From a virus: a stretch of 64,000 nucleotides of DNA. How positions within the stretch are numbered: the stretch's first letter is position 1; every line of letters starts with the position of its first letter. The notes beneath the pieces are model-generated. The model was given only the letters and a program-made list of their open reading frames with translations. It had not been told where the DNA came from and searched no databases. This document shows, piece after piece, positions 18,651 to 28,252 of this stretch. The stretch covers positions 32,001 to 96,000 of IMG/VR virus record IMGVR_UViG_3300028829_005098; one strand, 5' to 3'. Both the position numbers and the translations under genes were made by a program.

Positions 18651-21158
18651 TCAGAATCTCATTATACCCATGATTTGGTTAATGGGAGCAAATGTTCCTG
18701 TAAGTTTATATGTTCCACCTTTGTATTGAAATACAACACCTTCTGTTGGTGCGATTGACTTGCTTCCTCCGATAGCATTTAAACGAGCAAGATTTTTATT
18801 TAGTTTCTCCATGTCTTTTTTAAACTTATCAGGAGATTCCACCGAACTTAGTTTCTTGCCTTCAAGTGTTTTAACATGAGCATCAAGTGCTTTTGCTATA
18901 TCATCACTTCCACCAGCCGCAACGAATCCTTTTACGTTCTGAAGAACTTCCGCACCTAATTTCAAAAAGATAAATTGAAATGGCCACATATTTTCTTCAA
19001 ATTGTTTTACTAAATCTTCTTTATCAAATTTATTAACCCATGCTTTTAATTTAGGTTGTTTTTCTAAATCCATACGAATTGTGGTAATTTTATTTGATTT
19101 GTCATTATATGCCCAACGACCTATCAATGCTTCAAATACTTTTGGTGGAAACGTTTCTTTTGATTTATTTTGTTGTTTATTTAATAAATCTCTCCACCAA
19201 GCATCGTGATACTTCATCACTTTATCGTTGTCTTTTAATTTAAATTTCTTTTTTAGTTTATCAAGCATTGCAGAATATTTTGAAAACGAATCACCAAAAC
19301 TTTTACTTTTAGGAAGTTCCACCACAATCGGTGCATTTAATGAATATCTTTTTTGAACATCTGCATTTACTTGCTTTAACATACCTTTAAGCATTCTAGC
19401 AGAGTCTTTTAATTCTGCGGTAATATCGTTTCCATCGGAATCTTCACTTACTGCTTTTCCTGCGGAATTGTATGCCTGTGTTCCGTGAAATACCAACATA
19501 TCTACATTCTGAGGAATAACATTTTGAGTTGCGGGTGTCATTACCTCTATATTCATAAAACGTTCACCTTCTTTGAATACCTTACTTCGTTGTTTTTCAC
19601 TCAACTTGGATATAGCAGATTCTAAATCAGTAACTGCACTCACGAACGCATCACGAATGTTTTCGGGACGATCAGCAAATATACTTTCAAATTCTTTTAC
19701 ATTAGGAGCGGCTGCACCTGCGTTTTTTAAATGCCCTTGATTTCTTGCAGCCACTAATTGTCCATCTTTCCAAGAAAACATTAAATTTTGACCATCTAGT
19801 TTTTCAGTTACTTCTTTTTCAACATTTAATTCACCAGACAACGACCTGCGAATCATTTCTTTTAAATCAGCAAATGTTAAATCCCGATCATCGAAAGGAT
19901 GACTCATATGACCAGCCGCACCTCCTTCTGTTAATAATACTTCGTTGATAGCATGACCTTCTACACCTTTATCTATTTCTTCATCATCTTCTGCTTTGTC
20001 GGTATCTATGGTATTTGTTCCTGATCTTAGATCTTCATCTCCTTGTTCATCTTTCTTACGAATTGATTTTTCAGAACCAAGAAAATCTACAAGTTTATAT
20101 CCTGCAGTTTCTGCAACACCATTTATGAAATTGACCCACTGAGTGTGTGCTGATTGTGATTTCTCAAAATCTATTTGATTCATTGGAGTATTTGCATCTA
20201 TATCTCCTGCAGGATAAAAACTTACCGCAGGAACTGGTCCTGCATATTTTCCCCATTCACGATAATCTGCATTACGACCTAATCCATGTTTTCCTACTAC
20301 ATAGTCAAGTAAATCATAACCTAATTGTTGTGCTCGTTTACTTGTATTTCCTTCGTATGATTGTCCAGGGTAAAACATACTTGGTCCATCGTCAACCATT
20401 GTTTTTCCAAGAGCAGAAATTGAACTTATTTCATTAAGAAGTGTCGGTATACTATTCACGAACTTCTTAAATTTTGGATATTCTTTTAAAAATCCTTCAA
20501 ATATTTCTTCATTTTCAAATAAAGTTGCAAACTTTTTTGTTAGATAGTCATAGATCTTTTCATCATACCAACCAAATAATTCTTTGAATGCTTGTTTTCT
20601 TTGTTCATCGGAATACTTTGGACTTCCAAGCAAGTCACGAATTCTTGTTCCACTTACTTCCCCACCGAGAACTTTAATGCTTACATGAGGAGCAACGATA
20701 AAGTATCCATGTTCTGCATATGGTTTTAATTTACCTTTATTTTTAACATATGACTGATAATAAGCAGGTGAACCATCTGCTTTCGTGGTTTTTAATCTAC
20801 CTGCATCTTTTTCTCCAAATATATAAATAACCGCAGTTGTGTTTGGATCATATTTTTTAAGTATCTCTTCACATACATATGGGTTTTTTACTTGAACTAC
20901 ATTTTTTACTTTGTGCTTTGTCCATATCATTTTCTTTTCTTTAAAGTTCAATGGACTTTTAGAAGAGTCGGTTTTATTGCTAGTTGCTACATATGCTTTA
21001 TCAAATTTTCCGTCCAACCATTTATAGGTTTTATAGTGATGCACACCCGCGGGTTGAAATCTACCTGGATAAATTCCAATTATTTTTCGTATTTTACCTT
21101 CGTTTAGTAGATTGTCTACAAGAAACTCAGATAATTTATCTGTGAAATCATCATTCAT
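18651..21158 (-). CDS. Fusion: HIGH-family (cytidylyltransferase-like) nucleotidyltransferase + DDGP module + RNA-ligase-like domain
   Basis: IIGIYPGRFQPAGVHH and SGTRIR for the NTase; EKLDG (motif I), NIEVM, LVFHG, EGVVF (IV) and YKLTG (V) for the ATP-dependent ligase superfamily. Confidence 0.8.
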   Translation of the reverse strand: MNDDFTDKLSEFLVDNLLNEGKIRKIIGIYPGRFQPAGVHHYKTYKWLDGKFDKAYVATSNKTDSSKSPLNFKEKKMIWTKHKVKNVVQVKNPYVCEEILKKYDPNTTAVIYIFGEKDAGRLKTTKADGSPAYYQSYVKNKGKLKPYAEHGYFIVAPHVSIKVLGGEVSGTRIRDLLGSPKYSDEQRKQAFKELFGWYDEKIYDYLTKKFATLFENEEIFEGFLKEYPKFKKFVNSIPTLLNEISSISALGKTMVDDGPSMFYPGQSYEGNTSKRAQQLGYDLLDYVVGKHGLGRNADYREWGKYAGPVPAVSFYPAGDIDANTPMNQIDFEKSQSAHTQWVNFINGVAETAGYKLVDFLGSEKSIRKKDEQGDEDLRSGTNTIDTDKAEDDEEIDKGVEGHAINEVLLTEGGAAGHMSHPFDDRDLTFADLKEMIRRSLSGELNVEKEVTEKLDGQNLMFSWKDGQLVAARNQGHLKNAGAAAPNVKEFESIFADRPENIRDAFVSAVTDLESAISKLSEKQRSKVFKEGERFMNIEVMTPATQNVIPQNVDMLVFHGTQAYNSAGKAVSEDSDGNDITAELKDSARMLKGMLKQVNADVQKRYSLNAPIVVELPKSKSFGDSFSKYSAMLDKLKKKFKLKDNDKVMKYHDAWWRDLLNKQQNKSKETFPPKVFEALIGRWAYNDKSNKITTIRMDLEKQPKLKAWVNKFDKEDLVKQFEENMWPFQFIFLKLGAEVLQNVKGFVAAGGSDDIAKALDAHVKTLEGKKLSSVESPDKFKKDMEKLNKNLARLNAIGGSKSIAPTEGVVFQYKGGTYKLTGTFAPINQIMGIMRF

Positions 21159-21694
21159 TTAGATTTCAAAACTTCAGATAAAATTGTTCTTATTTGTACT
21201 CGTAGCTTTTCTTCGTAAACTTTTCTTTCTACAAACTTATTGAATTCACCCTTTGACATATCAGATACATAATCTGCCATATCCTCAAATCCTTTTCGTT
21301 CTAACCAAGAAATAACTTTATCTTTTGCTTTTAATACACTTGAATGTAATCCTGACATAAAACTTATTGCTTTTTTATATTCTGGACTCGTTAACTTTAT
21401 TTCATTTACTTCTTTCATTTTTGTTTCCTCATATAGTGACATATAAAAATCTTCGTCAGAACTTGCGGATTGAAAATCACGATATGCTTGTTCTGCTTCT
21501 TTTCCCACGAGTATTACTTTGCCCCTTGGGAAGTATAATATTTCATCTCCTTTTTTAAATTTCACTCCTCCTTTTCTTAGTCTTCTTTGTACAGGTAATC
21601 TTTGTTCACCAGAAACTCCGTCATATTTTGACTTCATCCAAACTGGATCATCTTTATATCTTGCTTCGTTCATATCAGTCTTCAAAGTATTCAA
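21155..21694 (-). CDS. Modular hypothetical protein
   Basis: MNE followed by module YKDDPVWMKSKY...KKGDEILYFP; C-terminal EEKLRVQIRTILSEVL helix. Confidence 0.7.
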   Translation of the reverse strand: MNTLKTDMNEARYKDDPVWMKSKYDGVSGEQRLPVQRRLRKGGVKFKKGDEILYFPRGKVILVGKEAEQAYRDFQSASSDEDFYMSLYEETKMKEVNEIKLTSPEYKKAISFMSGLHSSVLKAKDKVISWLERKGFEDMADYVSDMSKGEFNKFVERKVYEEKLRVQIRTILSEVLKSK

Positions 21695-22028
21695 TTACTT
21701 TTCCTGTTTTAATATTATTTTTGCAGGCTTTTCGTTTATCACGATGTAGATGTGGTGCTTTATCAAGATACTCTGTGGTACAATGAAATATATAACCATC
21801 CACCACAGGACCTTCTGTTGTTTCTCCTTCACTATATACTCCGATAAATTTAAAGTCATCTTTTTCTTTTTTAACAAATTTGCTTGCAAGAGACTTTGCC
21901 CAATTTTCATTTCCTGCTTTTTTTGAAGAATAACTATATCTAGAATGATTTGGTGCTAGTTCAAGTCTCCAAGTTTCTCCAAGTTTTTCTTCTTGAATTA
22001 ATTCATCTAATATTTTTTCAAAATTCAT
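21675..22028 (-). CDS. Hypothetical protein
   Basis: Coupled ORF with MNFEKILDELIQEEKLGE leader. Confidence 0.65.
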   Translation of the reverse strand: MNFEKILDELIQEEKLGETWRLELAPNHSRYSYSSKKAGNENWAKSLASKFVKKEKDDFKFIGVYSEGETTEGPVVDGYIFHCTTEYLDKAPHLHRDKRKACKNNIKTGKVIEYFED

Positions 22029-23068
22029 TTTTCACCCTTAAACTTTAATGAACGAATTTGGTGAAAGTATTTTACGATCTGATTCCTTGATAAATTCAGA
22101 CTTTCTACCAATCTCGATAATACCGCAAGATTTCTTCGTTCGTTTAATTTAAATTTTCTAATTACATAAATAGACCTACTCAAATGTCTTTCTAAATCCA
22201 TAGGAAGAACGACATCTTCCATAGAAACTATATCTAATTCCTCATTCACACGATTTCGTTTATCACCACTCTTAGTCATTTTATCATGTGCCATCATCAT
22301 TTGTATCCACTTTTTACCAATTGGATTTCGTATGGGTTTTGCAACAAATCGTGCAGTTGCTTTTAAAACGTGTGGAACTAAATCTAGTCTTCCTGGTTTC
22401 TTTTTACTACGAGTATCTTCAGAGTTATCTACAATAACAAAGTTTTTTCCAAATGAACCTTGAAACTTACCAAGATTTTTTTGTACATCGGTCCAAATAT
22501 CTTTTACTATTTTTCTTGGAAGTTTTCTTTTACGCATTGCGTTTCTTTGTTGTGCAACTTCAAGTGTTGTGTTAACAAACACCATATAACAATCGTATCC
22601 AAGTTTTTCTAGTTCTTTCTTTTGCTTAGATATTTTGTTATAGTTATCACCAGTTCCATCAACAATAACACCAAGACGATTATTTTTAAACATTTCAAAT
22701 TGTCTTAACATAATTTTCTTTGCACGGGAACGAATACTATTTGGATCACCACTTGTCACTTTGCTAAATGTTTCATCGTCCATTTTGGATAAATTTAAAT
22801 CGTATCCTGCTTTCTTTAGAAGTATTTCAAACGCAGGATCACTATTAACTATCTTTAACCCACTTGGAGACAAATTAGTTGCTTCGGGTGGAAAATCAAA
22901 TATTGTATCAACGGTAGCAGATTTACCAGATCCAGGACCTCCCGCTAAAAATACTGCTTTTAGAATACCAGGATCATACACACCCTCTACAAGTGTAAAA
23001 TATCCTTTACGCAATCCTGCTTTAATCAGGGTTTCTTTGACTTCTTGGTTTTTTTCGGAATCTTCCAT
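22025..23068 (-). CDS. P-loop kinase (polynucleotide kinase / Zeta-toxin-like)
   Basis: FLAGGPGSGKS Walker A, VNSD, VIVDGTG, RNAMR lid motif. Confidence 0.85.
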   Translation of the reverse strand: MEDSEKNQEVKETLIKAGLRKGYFTLVEGVYDPGILKAVFLAGGPGSGKSATVDTIFDFPPEATNLSPSGLKIVNSDPAFEILLKKAGYDLNLSKMDDETFSKVTSGDPNSIRSRAKKIMLRQFEMFKNNRLGVIVDGTGDNYNKISKQKKELEKLGYDCYMVFVNTTLEVAQQRNAMRKRKLPRKIVKDIWTDVQKNLGKFQGSFGKNFVIVDNSEDTRSKKKPGRLDLVPHVLKATARFVAKPIRNPIGKKWIQMMMAHDKMTKSGDKRNRVNEELDIVSMEDVVLPMDLERHLSRSIYVIRKFKLNERRNLAVLSRLVESLNLSRNQIVKYFHQIRSLKFKGEK

Positions 23069-23088
23069 AAATACAATTCAGGTACATA

Positions 23089-23096
23089 ATAAATAT
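23089..23096 (-). promoter_or_regulatory. Candidate late promoter ATATTTAT heading the kinase-ligase operon
   Basis: Recurrent motif, 20 nt upstream of the kinase ATG. Confidence 0.55.
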
Positions 23097-23111
23097 ATAT
23101 CTAAATATGTT

Positions 23112-25712
23112 TTATACTCCGTATTTTATCTTACTAAAAGAACCTTCTTTTTGAATTTCTATAATCTCGTCCACCATATCTCTCATTACATCCAAATGAC
23201 TGATGACCATTATGAACTCAAACTGCCCCTTTAAATAGGTAAACAGATTAAATACACTACTTATGTTGTCTCCATCCAAAGAACCCCACCCTTCGTCAAT
23301 AACAAGGAAATTAGAACGTGGCAAACTACTTACATTAATAAGTGCTACTCGCATTGCGATACTGCTAATGAAACGTTCCATGCCACTACACATTTCAAGT
23401 GGCCAATGACGATCTTCATATGTAATCTTTGAGTAAATATGCTTTCCGTCCATCTCAAGTTGCATACCAAAGTCAACAATTTGAGAAAGAATATTATTAA
23501 CTTCACTTTCAATGCTTGGAATTGTTTTGGAAATAAGTTCATATGAAATACCATCTCGTTTTACTGCATCAAGATATAGTTCGTATCCTCGTTTCTTTCT
23601 TTCATACCCCTTTGCCTCTTCAATAGATTCTAAAACATCTTTATGTTCTTTTTCTACAATTTTAACTTCACCAAACAAACCTTGTAATTTCATTGTTTCG
23701 TTTGATACTATTTCGTCTACTTTTTTTAATTTTTCTTTTACTAAATCTGCATCTACTTGTAGTTTTTTATTGAATAGAATAATATCTTTACACTCATAAT
23801 ATTCTTCAATGCTTTTATCGTTTAATAGTATATCTTTTTCAAGTGACTCAAGTATACTTGAAAGTGCAAGAATTTTAGAATCTACGTCACTTATTTCATA
23901 CGACATTTGATTTAGTTTGGTTCTATCTTCAATTAGTTTTTTATGTTGTTCTTCTATATCACCAAATTTATCTAATGTTTTAGTAAGTTCAGTTTTAGTC
24001 TTAACTAGTTCATCGGCATCTGCTTTATCTTTATCAAGTTCTTTTTTAGTAATAGCCGCACTATCAATCAAATTCTTGGAATTCTTTACACAAAACTCAC
24101 ACTTAGGATCATATTCATGACTATCATAGTGTTTAAGTTTATCTAATTTAGCATTAACAGATGTTCTTAAAACTGCTAAGTCTTTATCTACTGACATTAG
24201 TTCTTCTTTTATTTTTAATGACTCGATAAAATTATCTTCTATATGTTTTCTTTTGCCCAACGACTTGGTTAGTTCAGACTTTTCGTTTGCTAATTGTTTT
24301 TTTCTGTCGGATTCTTTTTTTCTATTATCGTTTGCTATTTCAAGTCTATCTCTTAAATTTCTTTTATTATACTCAAGTTTATCTATATCTACATTTTCTT
24401 CATCAAACGAACAATTTTTAAATTGAGAATTAATTTCAGCAAGACTATTATTTAATATTTTTTGTTCAGCAAGTGCTATATCAGTTTTTTCGTTTTGTTC
24501 GTTATATCTTAAATTAACATCGTTAAGTTTTTCTTGTACATTCAATAAAAGTTCATCGAAGTTTTCACGATTAAATCTTTTAAGTAAAGCATTTATTTCT
24601 TTTATATCTTCAGATGCAGTTGAATGCAAATTATCAAATACATCAATACCCATAAATTGTGCAAGTAAATCTTTACGTTCACTTTGACTTTTATCTATAA
24701 AGATTGCATTGTTGTTTTGCAAACTTAATGCAGTTAAAACAAAATCTTCATACGAACCCACATGATCACGAATATTTGCATTTGTACCTGTTCGTTGTTC
24801 TCCGTTCAAAGATACTTTTTGTCCAGTAGAATCGTTTTTCCAAAAATCTACTACCACAGTAACATCTCCATTCTTTTTAGTAGAAGCATTTCTTTCAATA
24901 AAGTAATCTACACCAGAAATCTCAAAGTTTAACTTACAATAAAAACTATCAGTCTGTGTATTTAGTACATGGGCAGCCTTGAATGCTCTGTCACACTTAT
25001 CATATAAACAAAAACTTAATGCACTCATTACACTACTTTTACCACTTGCATTTGAGGCAAATAAACCCATAACACTTTTCATATTTGAAAAGTCTACAAT
25101 GTTTGAGTCTCCGTAACTAAACATATTGCCGAATTCAAACTTTTTAGGTTTCCATATGCAATTTCTAAGAATTTCCTTTACAACAAGTTTATCATTTATT
25201 TCTTTGTTGATATCGAGTGCAGTTTTGATTTGTTCATCATCTACTACGAAATTTCTTCTAAGATAATCTTCTATTAAATCATTTTGAACATGAACCTTTG
25301 TAATATCACCAAAGTCAAATTTATTATCACGATCAAACTTTTTTGCTTCAGAAATAGCATCACACCTTGTTACATTTAAATCAGATATACTAGTTTTCTT
25401 ACGAATCTCCGCAAGAATTTCTTTAGTTTCAGTTGCAGTTGTGTTATATACTTTTACACGAAGTCTTGCCTTTTTTGGCAATTGACTTAAATCACTTACA
25501 CATTTACCATCACGAACCTCTACCGTATAATAACCATAATCGTTATGCACTTCGTGGTGTGTGTGTTTTCTATTTTTAATATCCCAAAAAACATAACCAT
25601 GACCCTTTGGTTTTTCTCCATGATTTTGTTGAATCATGCTACCCGAGTATACCACAACAGGTTTCTCACCGTTGTGTCTTTTTATTTTTACATATGTTTT
25701 TGGTTCATCCAT
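23112..25712 (-). CDS. sbcC: Rad50/SbcC-like ATPase (gp46-like) carrying the C-terminal part of the Mre11/SbcD nuclease
   Basis: N-terminal YSGSMIQQNHGE..HGY (SbcD C-part); ASNASGKSS Walker A, CEFC zinc hook, CSGME signature, VIDEGWGSLD Walker B, ISH. Confidence 0.92.
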   Translation of the reverse strand: MDEPKTYVKIKRHNGEKPVVVYSGSMIQQNHGEKPKGHGYVFWDIKNRKHTHHEVHNDYGYYTVEVRDGKCVSDLSQLPKKARLRVKVYNTTATETKEILAEIRKKTSISDLNVTRCDAISEAKKFDRDNKFDFGDITKVHVQNDLIEDYLRRNFVVDDEQIKTALDINKEINDKLVVKEILRNCIWKPKKFEFGNMFSYGDSNIVDFSNMKSVMGLFASNASGKSSVMSALSFCLYDKCDRAFKAAHVLNTQTDSFYCKLNFEISGVDYFIERNASTKKNGDVTVVVDFWKNDSTGQKVSLNGEQRTGTNANIRDHVGSYEDFVLTALSLQNNNAIFIDKSQSERKDLLAQFMGIDVFDNLHSTASEDIKEINALLKRFNRENFDELLLNVQEKLNDVNLRYNEQNEKTDIALAEQKILNNSLAEINSQFKNCSFDEENVDIDKLEYNKRNLRDRLEIANDNRKKESDRKKQLANEKSELTKSLGKRKHIEDNFIESLKIKEELMSVDKDLAVLRTSVNAKLDKLKHYDSHEYDPKCEFCVKNSKNLIDSAAITKKELDKDKADADELVKTKTELTKTLDKFGDIEEQHKKLIEDRTKLNQMSYEISDVDSKILALSSILESLEKDILLNDKSIEEYYECKDIILFNKKLQVDADLVKEKLKKVDEIVSNETMKLQGLFGEVKIVEKEHKDVLESIEEAKGYERKKRGYELYLDAVKRDGISYELISKTIPSIESEVNNILSQIVDFGMQLEMDGKHIYSKITYEDRHWPLEMCSGMERFISSIAMRVALINVSSLPRSNFLVIDEGWGSLDGDNISSVFNLFTYLKGQFEFIMVISHLDVMRDMVDEIIEIQKEGSFSKIKYGV

Positions 25713-26634
25713 TGGTTATAATATTTAAAATTTCTTCTCCTAATTCTGAATCAGTTAAGTAAGGACTTAAGTGATGGTGACCTTGGAGTGGGAAATAGCA
25801 ACATGGTCCTAAAAAAGGAGAACGATTCTCAGTTACATCGACGTTCTTACGATGTTGTTGCCAATGAATACCTTTTGGTCCGAACATTTGGTGTATGTAA
25901 TCAGTAGATATAATAGTTGGTACTCTAAGTGCAGATGATATATTTGTAATACATCCCTCTGCACCAATTACATAATTGCAATTTTTAATCAACGATGCAG
26001 TGAATGTAAATTTGCTTGTGGAATTTATTGTAGGAAATCGTTTAGATATTTTATCTTCAAGACCAAGTGCAAATAAAATTATCTTAGGGTGCGTTTCCAA
26101 ACAATTAATTATTTCAAATGTATCTCTTTTTCCAGAACCATATCCATTTCCTGTTTCACCACCCTCCGCACGATTATATTCTTCTTCTGTAAAAAGAAAA
26201 CTTTTATTGTGCCAATCCATTTGGTATCCAACTTTGATAACATCAGTTTGCCAATGATTTATAGCAACAAGCTCTTCCATACTTTTACTTACACCATAAT
26301 CAAGTGCAGAAGAAGTAAAAATTTCAAAGGTATCGTCGAAAGCTTTTATATCACACATTCGTTGAAACTGAGATACTGCCGATTCGTATGGATTTAAGGT
26401 AGCACCATCTTCTATTAAATTGTATACATGAGAATAATCGTTTCTTGAATCTTTGAAATGTACTCTATTGATATAAGGATTATTATTTAGCAATTCTATT
26501 GGTTGTAGATAATCAATATCATAATCAACTTCACAATCTATATGTTCTTCTTTTAATTTTTTTGCTACACTACTTGCAAACAGAATATCACCAATATGAA
26601 TGTTTCTACACTTAATTAAAAATCTTTTAATCAT
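25705..26634 (-). CDS. Glycosyltransferase, GT9 / heptosyltransferase-like
   Basis: HIGDILFASSVAKKLK, ELLNNNPYI, TASLIKNCNYVIGAEGCITNISSALRVPTI; likely start MIKRFL at 26634. Confidence 0.75.
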   Translation of the reverse strand: MIKRFLIKCRNIHIGDILFASSVAKKLKEEHIDCEVDYDIDYLQPIELLNNNPYINRVHFKDSRNDYSHVYNLIEDGATLNPYESAVSQFQRMCDIKAFDDTFEIFTSSALDYGVSKSMEELVAINHWQTDVIKVGYQMDWHNKSFLFTEEEYNRAEGGETGNGYGSGKRDTFEIINCLETHPKIILFALGLEDKISKRFPTINSTSKFTFTASLIKNCNYVIGAEGCITNISSALRVPTIISTDYIHQMFGPKGIHWQQHRKNVDVTENRSPFLGPCCYFPLQGHHHLSPYLTDSELGEEILNIITNG

Positions 26635-27331
26635 TACAAACCTCCCATCCATCGAGTTTATATTTCTCTAGTGTGTTTTCCGACACAAATCTATGCTCAG
26701 TTTTGTATTCCTGTAATACTTGGTATTTGTGAATATCTCCGAGCATTACAATATCATATCCATTGAATTGTGGTAATTCAACATCACCACCCATAACAAC
26801 ATACCCAACATCAGTCATACTTCGTTTTACTGCTCCGTGGTAAACTGCTATTTTAGTTGTTATACTCTCATCTGTAATATCAGAACCCACTATATAATTT
26901 TGTGGATCATCAAATATTCCAAATACACTAATTGCTATATCACCGATTTTATATACACCTGTATCTCTTAAATAATACAGATTAGGTTGGTCCATCATTC
27001 CAACTATGGGTGATAGAACATCCAACCTATCTGGATTATTTAGATTGCAATCATGATTGCCTGCTATAACTACAGTGGGGTGTAGTTTAGCACATTCTGA
27101 TAAAAAAGTTGCTATTTGTTTTATGAGTTCTGGACTCATTTCTGTTTTAGCATGAGCAATATCTCCACCAATAAAAATTAAGCAGTTATCGTAATTGTCT
27201 TCTTTAACTTGATTGTAAAAGTTTTCAAATACACCTGTATACTCGGAATGCCTTTTGATATTTCTAATATGAATATCTGCTAAATGGTAAACTTTATCAA
27301 TATTTTTTATCTGTGAATCTAACTCAAGCAT
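26627..27331 (-). CDS. sbcD: Mre11/SbcD-like metallophosphoesterase, N-terminal part (gp47-like)
   Basis: ADIH, GGDIAH, AGNHD, YHG, LGDIH motifs; the following YSGS motif is absent and sits in the Rad50 ORF. Confidence 0.9.
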   Translation of the reverse strand: MLELDSQIKNIDKVYHLADIHIRNIKRHSEYTGVFENFYNQVKEDNYDNCLIFIGGDIAHAKTEMSPELIKQIATFLSECAKLHPTVVIAGNHDCNLNNPDRLDVLSPIVGMMDQPNLYYLRDTGVYKIGDIAISVFGIFDDPQNYIVGSDITDESITTKIAVYHGAVKRSMTDVGYVVMGGDVELPQFNGYDIVMLGDIHKYQVLQEYKTEHRFVSENTLEKYKLDGWEVCND

Positions 27332-28248
27332 AACCTCTGTTTCATTAATTCAGAAAAGTCTAGTTGTCCGCAACTTTTTATTTTCTTTGTAATTTGTTCA
27401 AACCCCAAATCGGCTGCATCTTGTTCTTCCACTTTAACTAACTTAACCGAAATCCCCTTGTTTAACAATTGCTCGGATATTTTAAGTGCATTTTTATATG
27501 CATCTTTATCAAGAACTATTGTTACATTATTAACATGATGCTCAACCAATTTCATTTTAAGTTTATCAGGAATGTTTTTACCTAACATCGGTATAGCATT
27601 TCTACGAATTGCGATTGCATCAAAAACTCCTTCGCACAATATAATTGGTTCAGAAAAATCAACTTGATTTTCAAACACAACCACATCTTTACTAACTTTT
27701 GGATTTTTATATCTTAAATAAGCATTTCCTATAAAATCACGAGCAATAAAGTAATTTAATTGATTATCCGAATCGTAAGACGGAACAATGATTCTATTTT
27801 CATATTCCCCTTCCTCACAATATCCTATATTATATCGTTCTATATCATAAGAAAATATATTTCTTTTTTTTAGATAATTTATAGCAATATTATGATTACG
27901 AGATTTGGTGGAAGAATGTAATAAAGATTTAAACTCAAACGGAAGATGAATTTTGTTTTCTACTTCTTTTTCAAGTTTTATATTCTTTGGTAATTTTACT
28001 ATTGTAGATAATTCTTGAAAATAATCAGGAGACACTTGCATTTTCTTGAATAAACTAAATATGCTTCTTCCTTTAGAATTGGTGTCAATCCAACTCTGCC
28101 ATCTTTGAGTTGTTAAGTTAACTGCAAGTTTTGGTTTTCTGTGGTTGGAGAACGGGCACATAAACATAGCTTCGTCTTTGGAAACTATTTTACCAGTTCC
28201 CAAAACTTTTTGAAGTAAATTCAAAAGTTTTTGTTCAAATATGCCCAC
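27319..28248 (-). CDS. DNA primase (DnaG/TOPRIM type)
   Basis: RIIVPSYD, YFIAR, RYKNP, LCEGVFDA, VLDKDA. Confidence 0.9.
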   Translation of the reverse strand: MGIFEQKLLNLLQKVLGTGKIVSKDEAMFMCPFSNHRKPKLAVNLTTQRWQSWIDTNSKGRSIFSLFKKMQVSPDYFQELSTIVKLPKNIKLEKEVENKIHLPFEFKSLLHSSTKSRNHNIAINYLKKRNIFSYDIERYNIGYCEEGEYENRIIVPSYDSDNQLNYFIARDFIGNAYLRYKNPKVSKDVVVFENQVDFSEPIILCEGVFDAIAIRRNAIPMLGKNIPDKLKMKLVEHHVNNVTIVLDKDAYKNALKISEQLLNKGISVKLVKVEEQDAADLGFEQITKKIKSCGQLDFSELMKQRLCLS

Positions 28249-28252
28249 TATA

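Noticed and set aside
25670-26700. Split intein joining the SbcD halves (KIKRHN near the Rad50 start)
   Set aside because: HN is followed by Gly, not Cys/Ser/Thr, the segment is very short, and the N-half has no intein N-terminal block.
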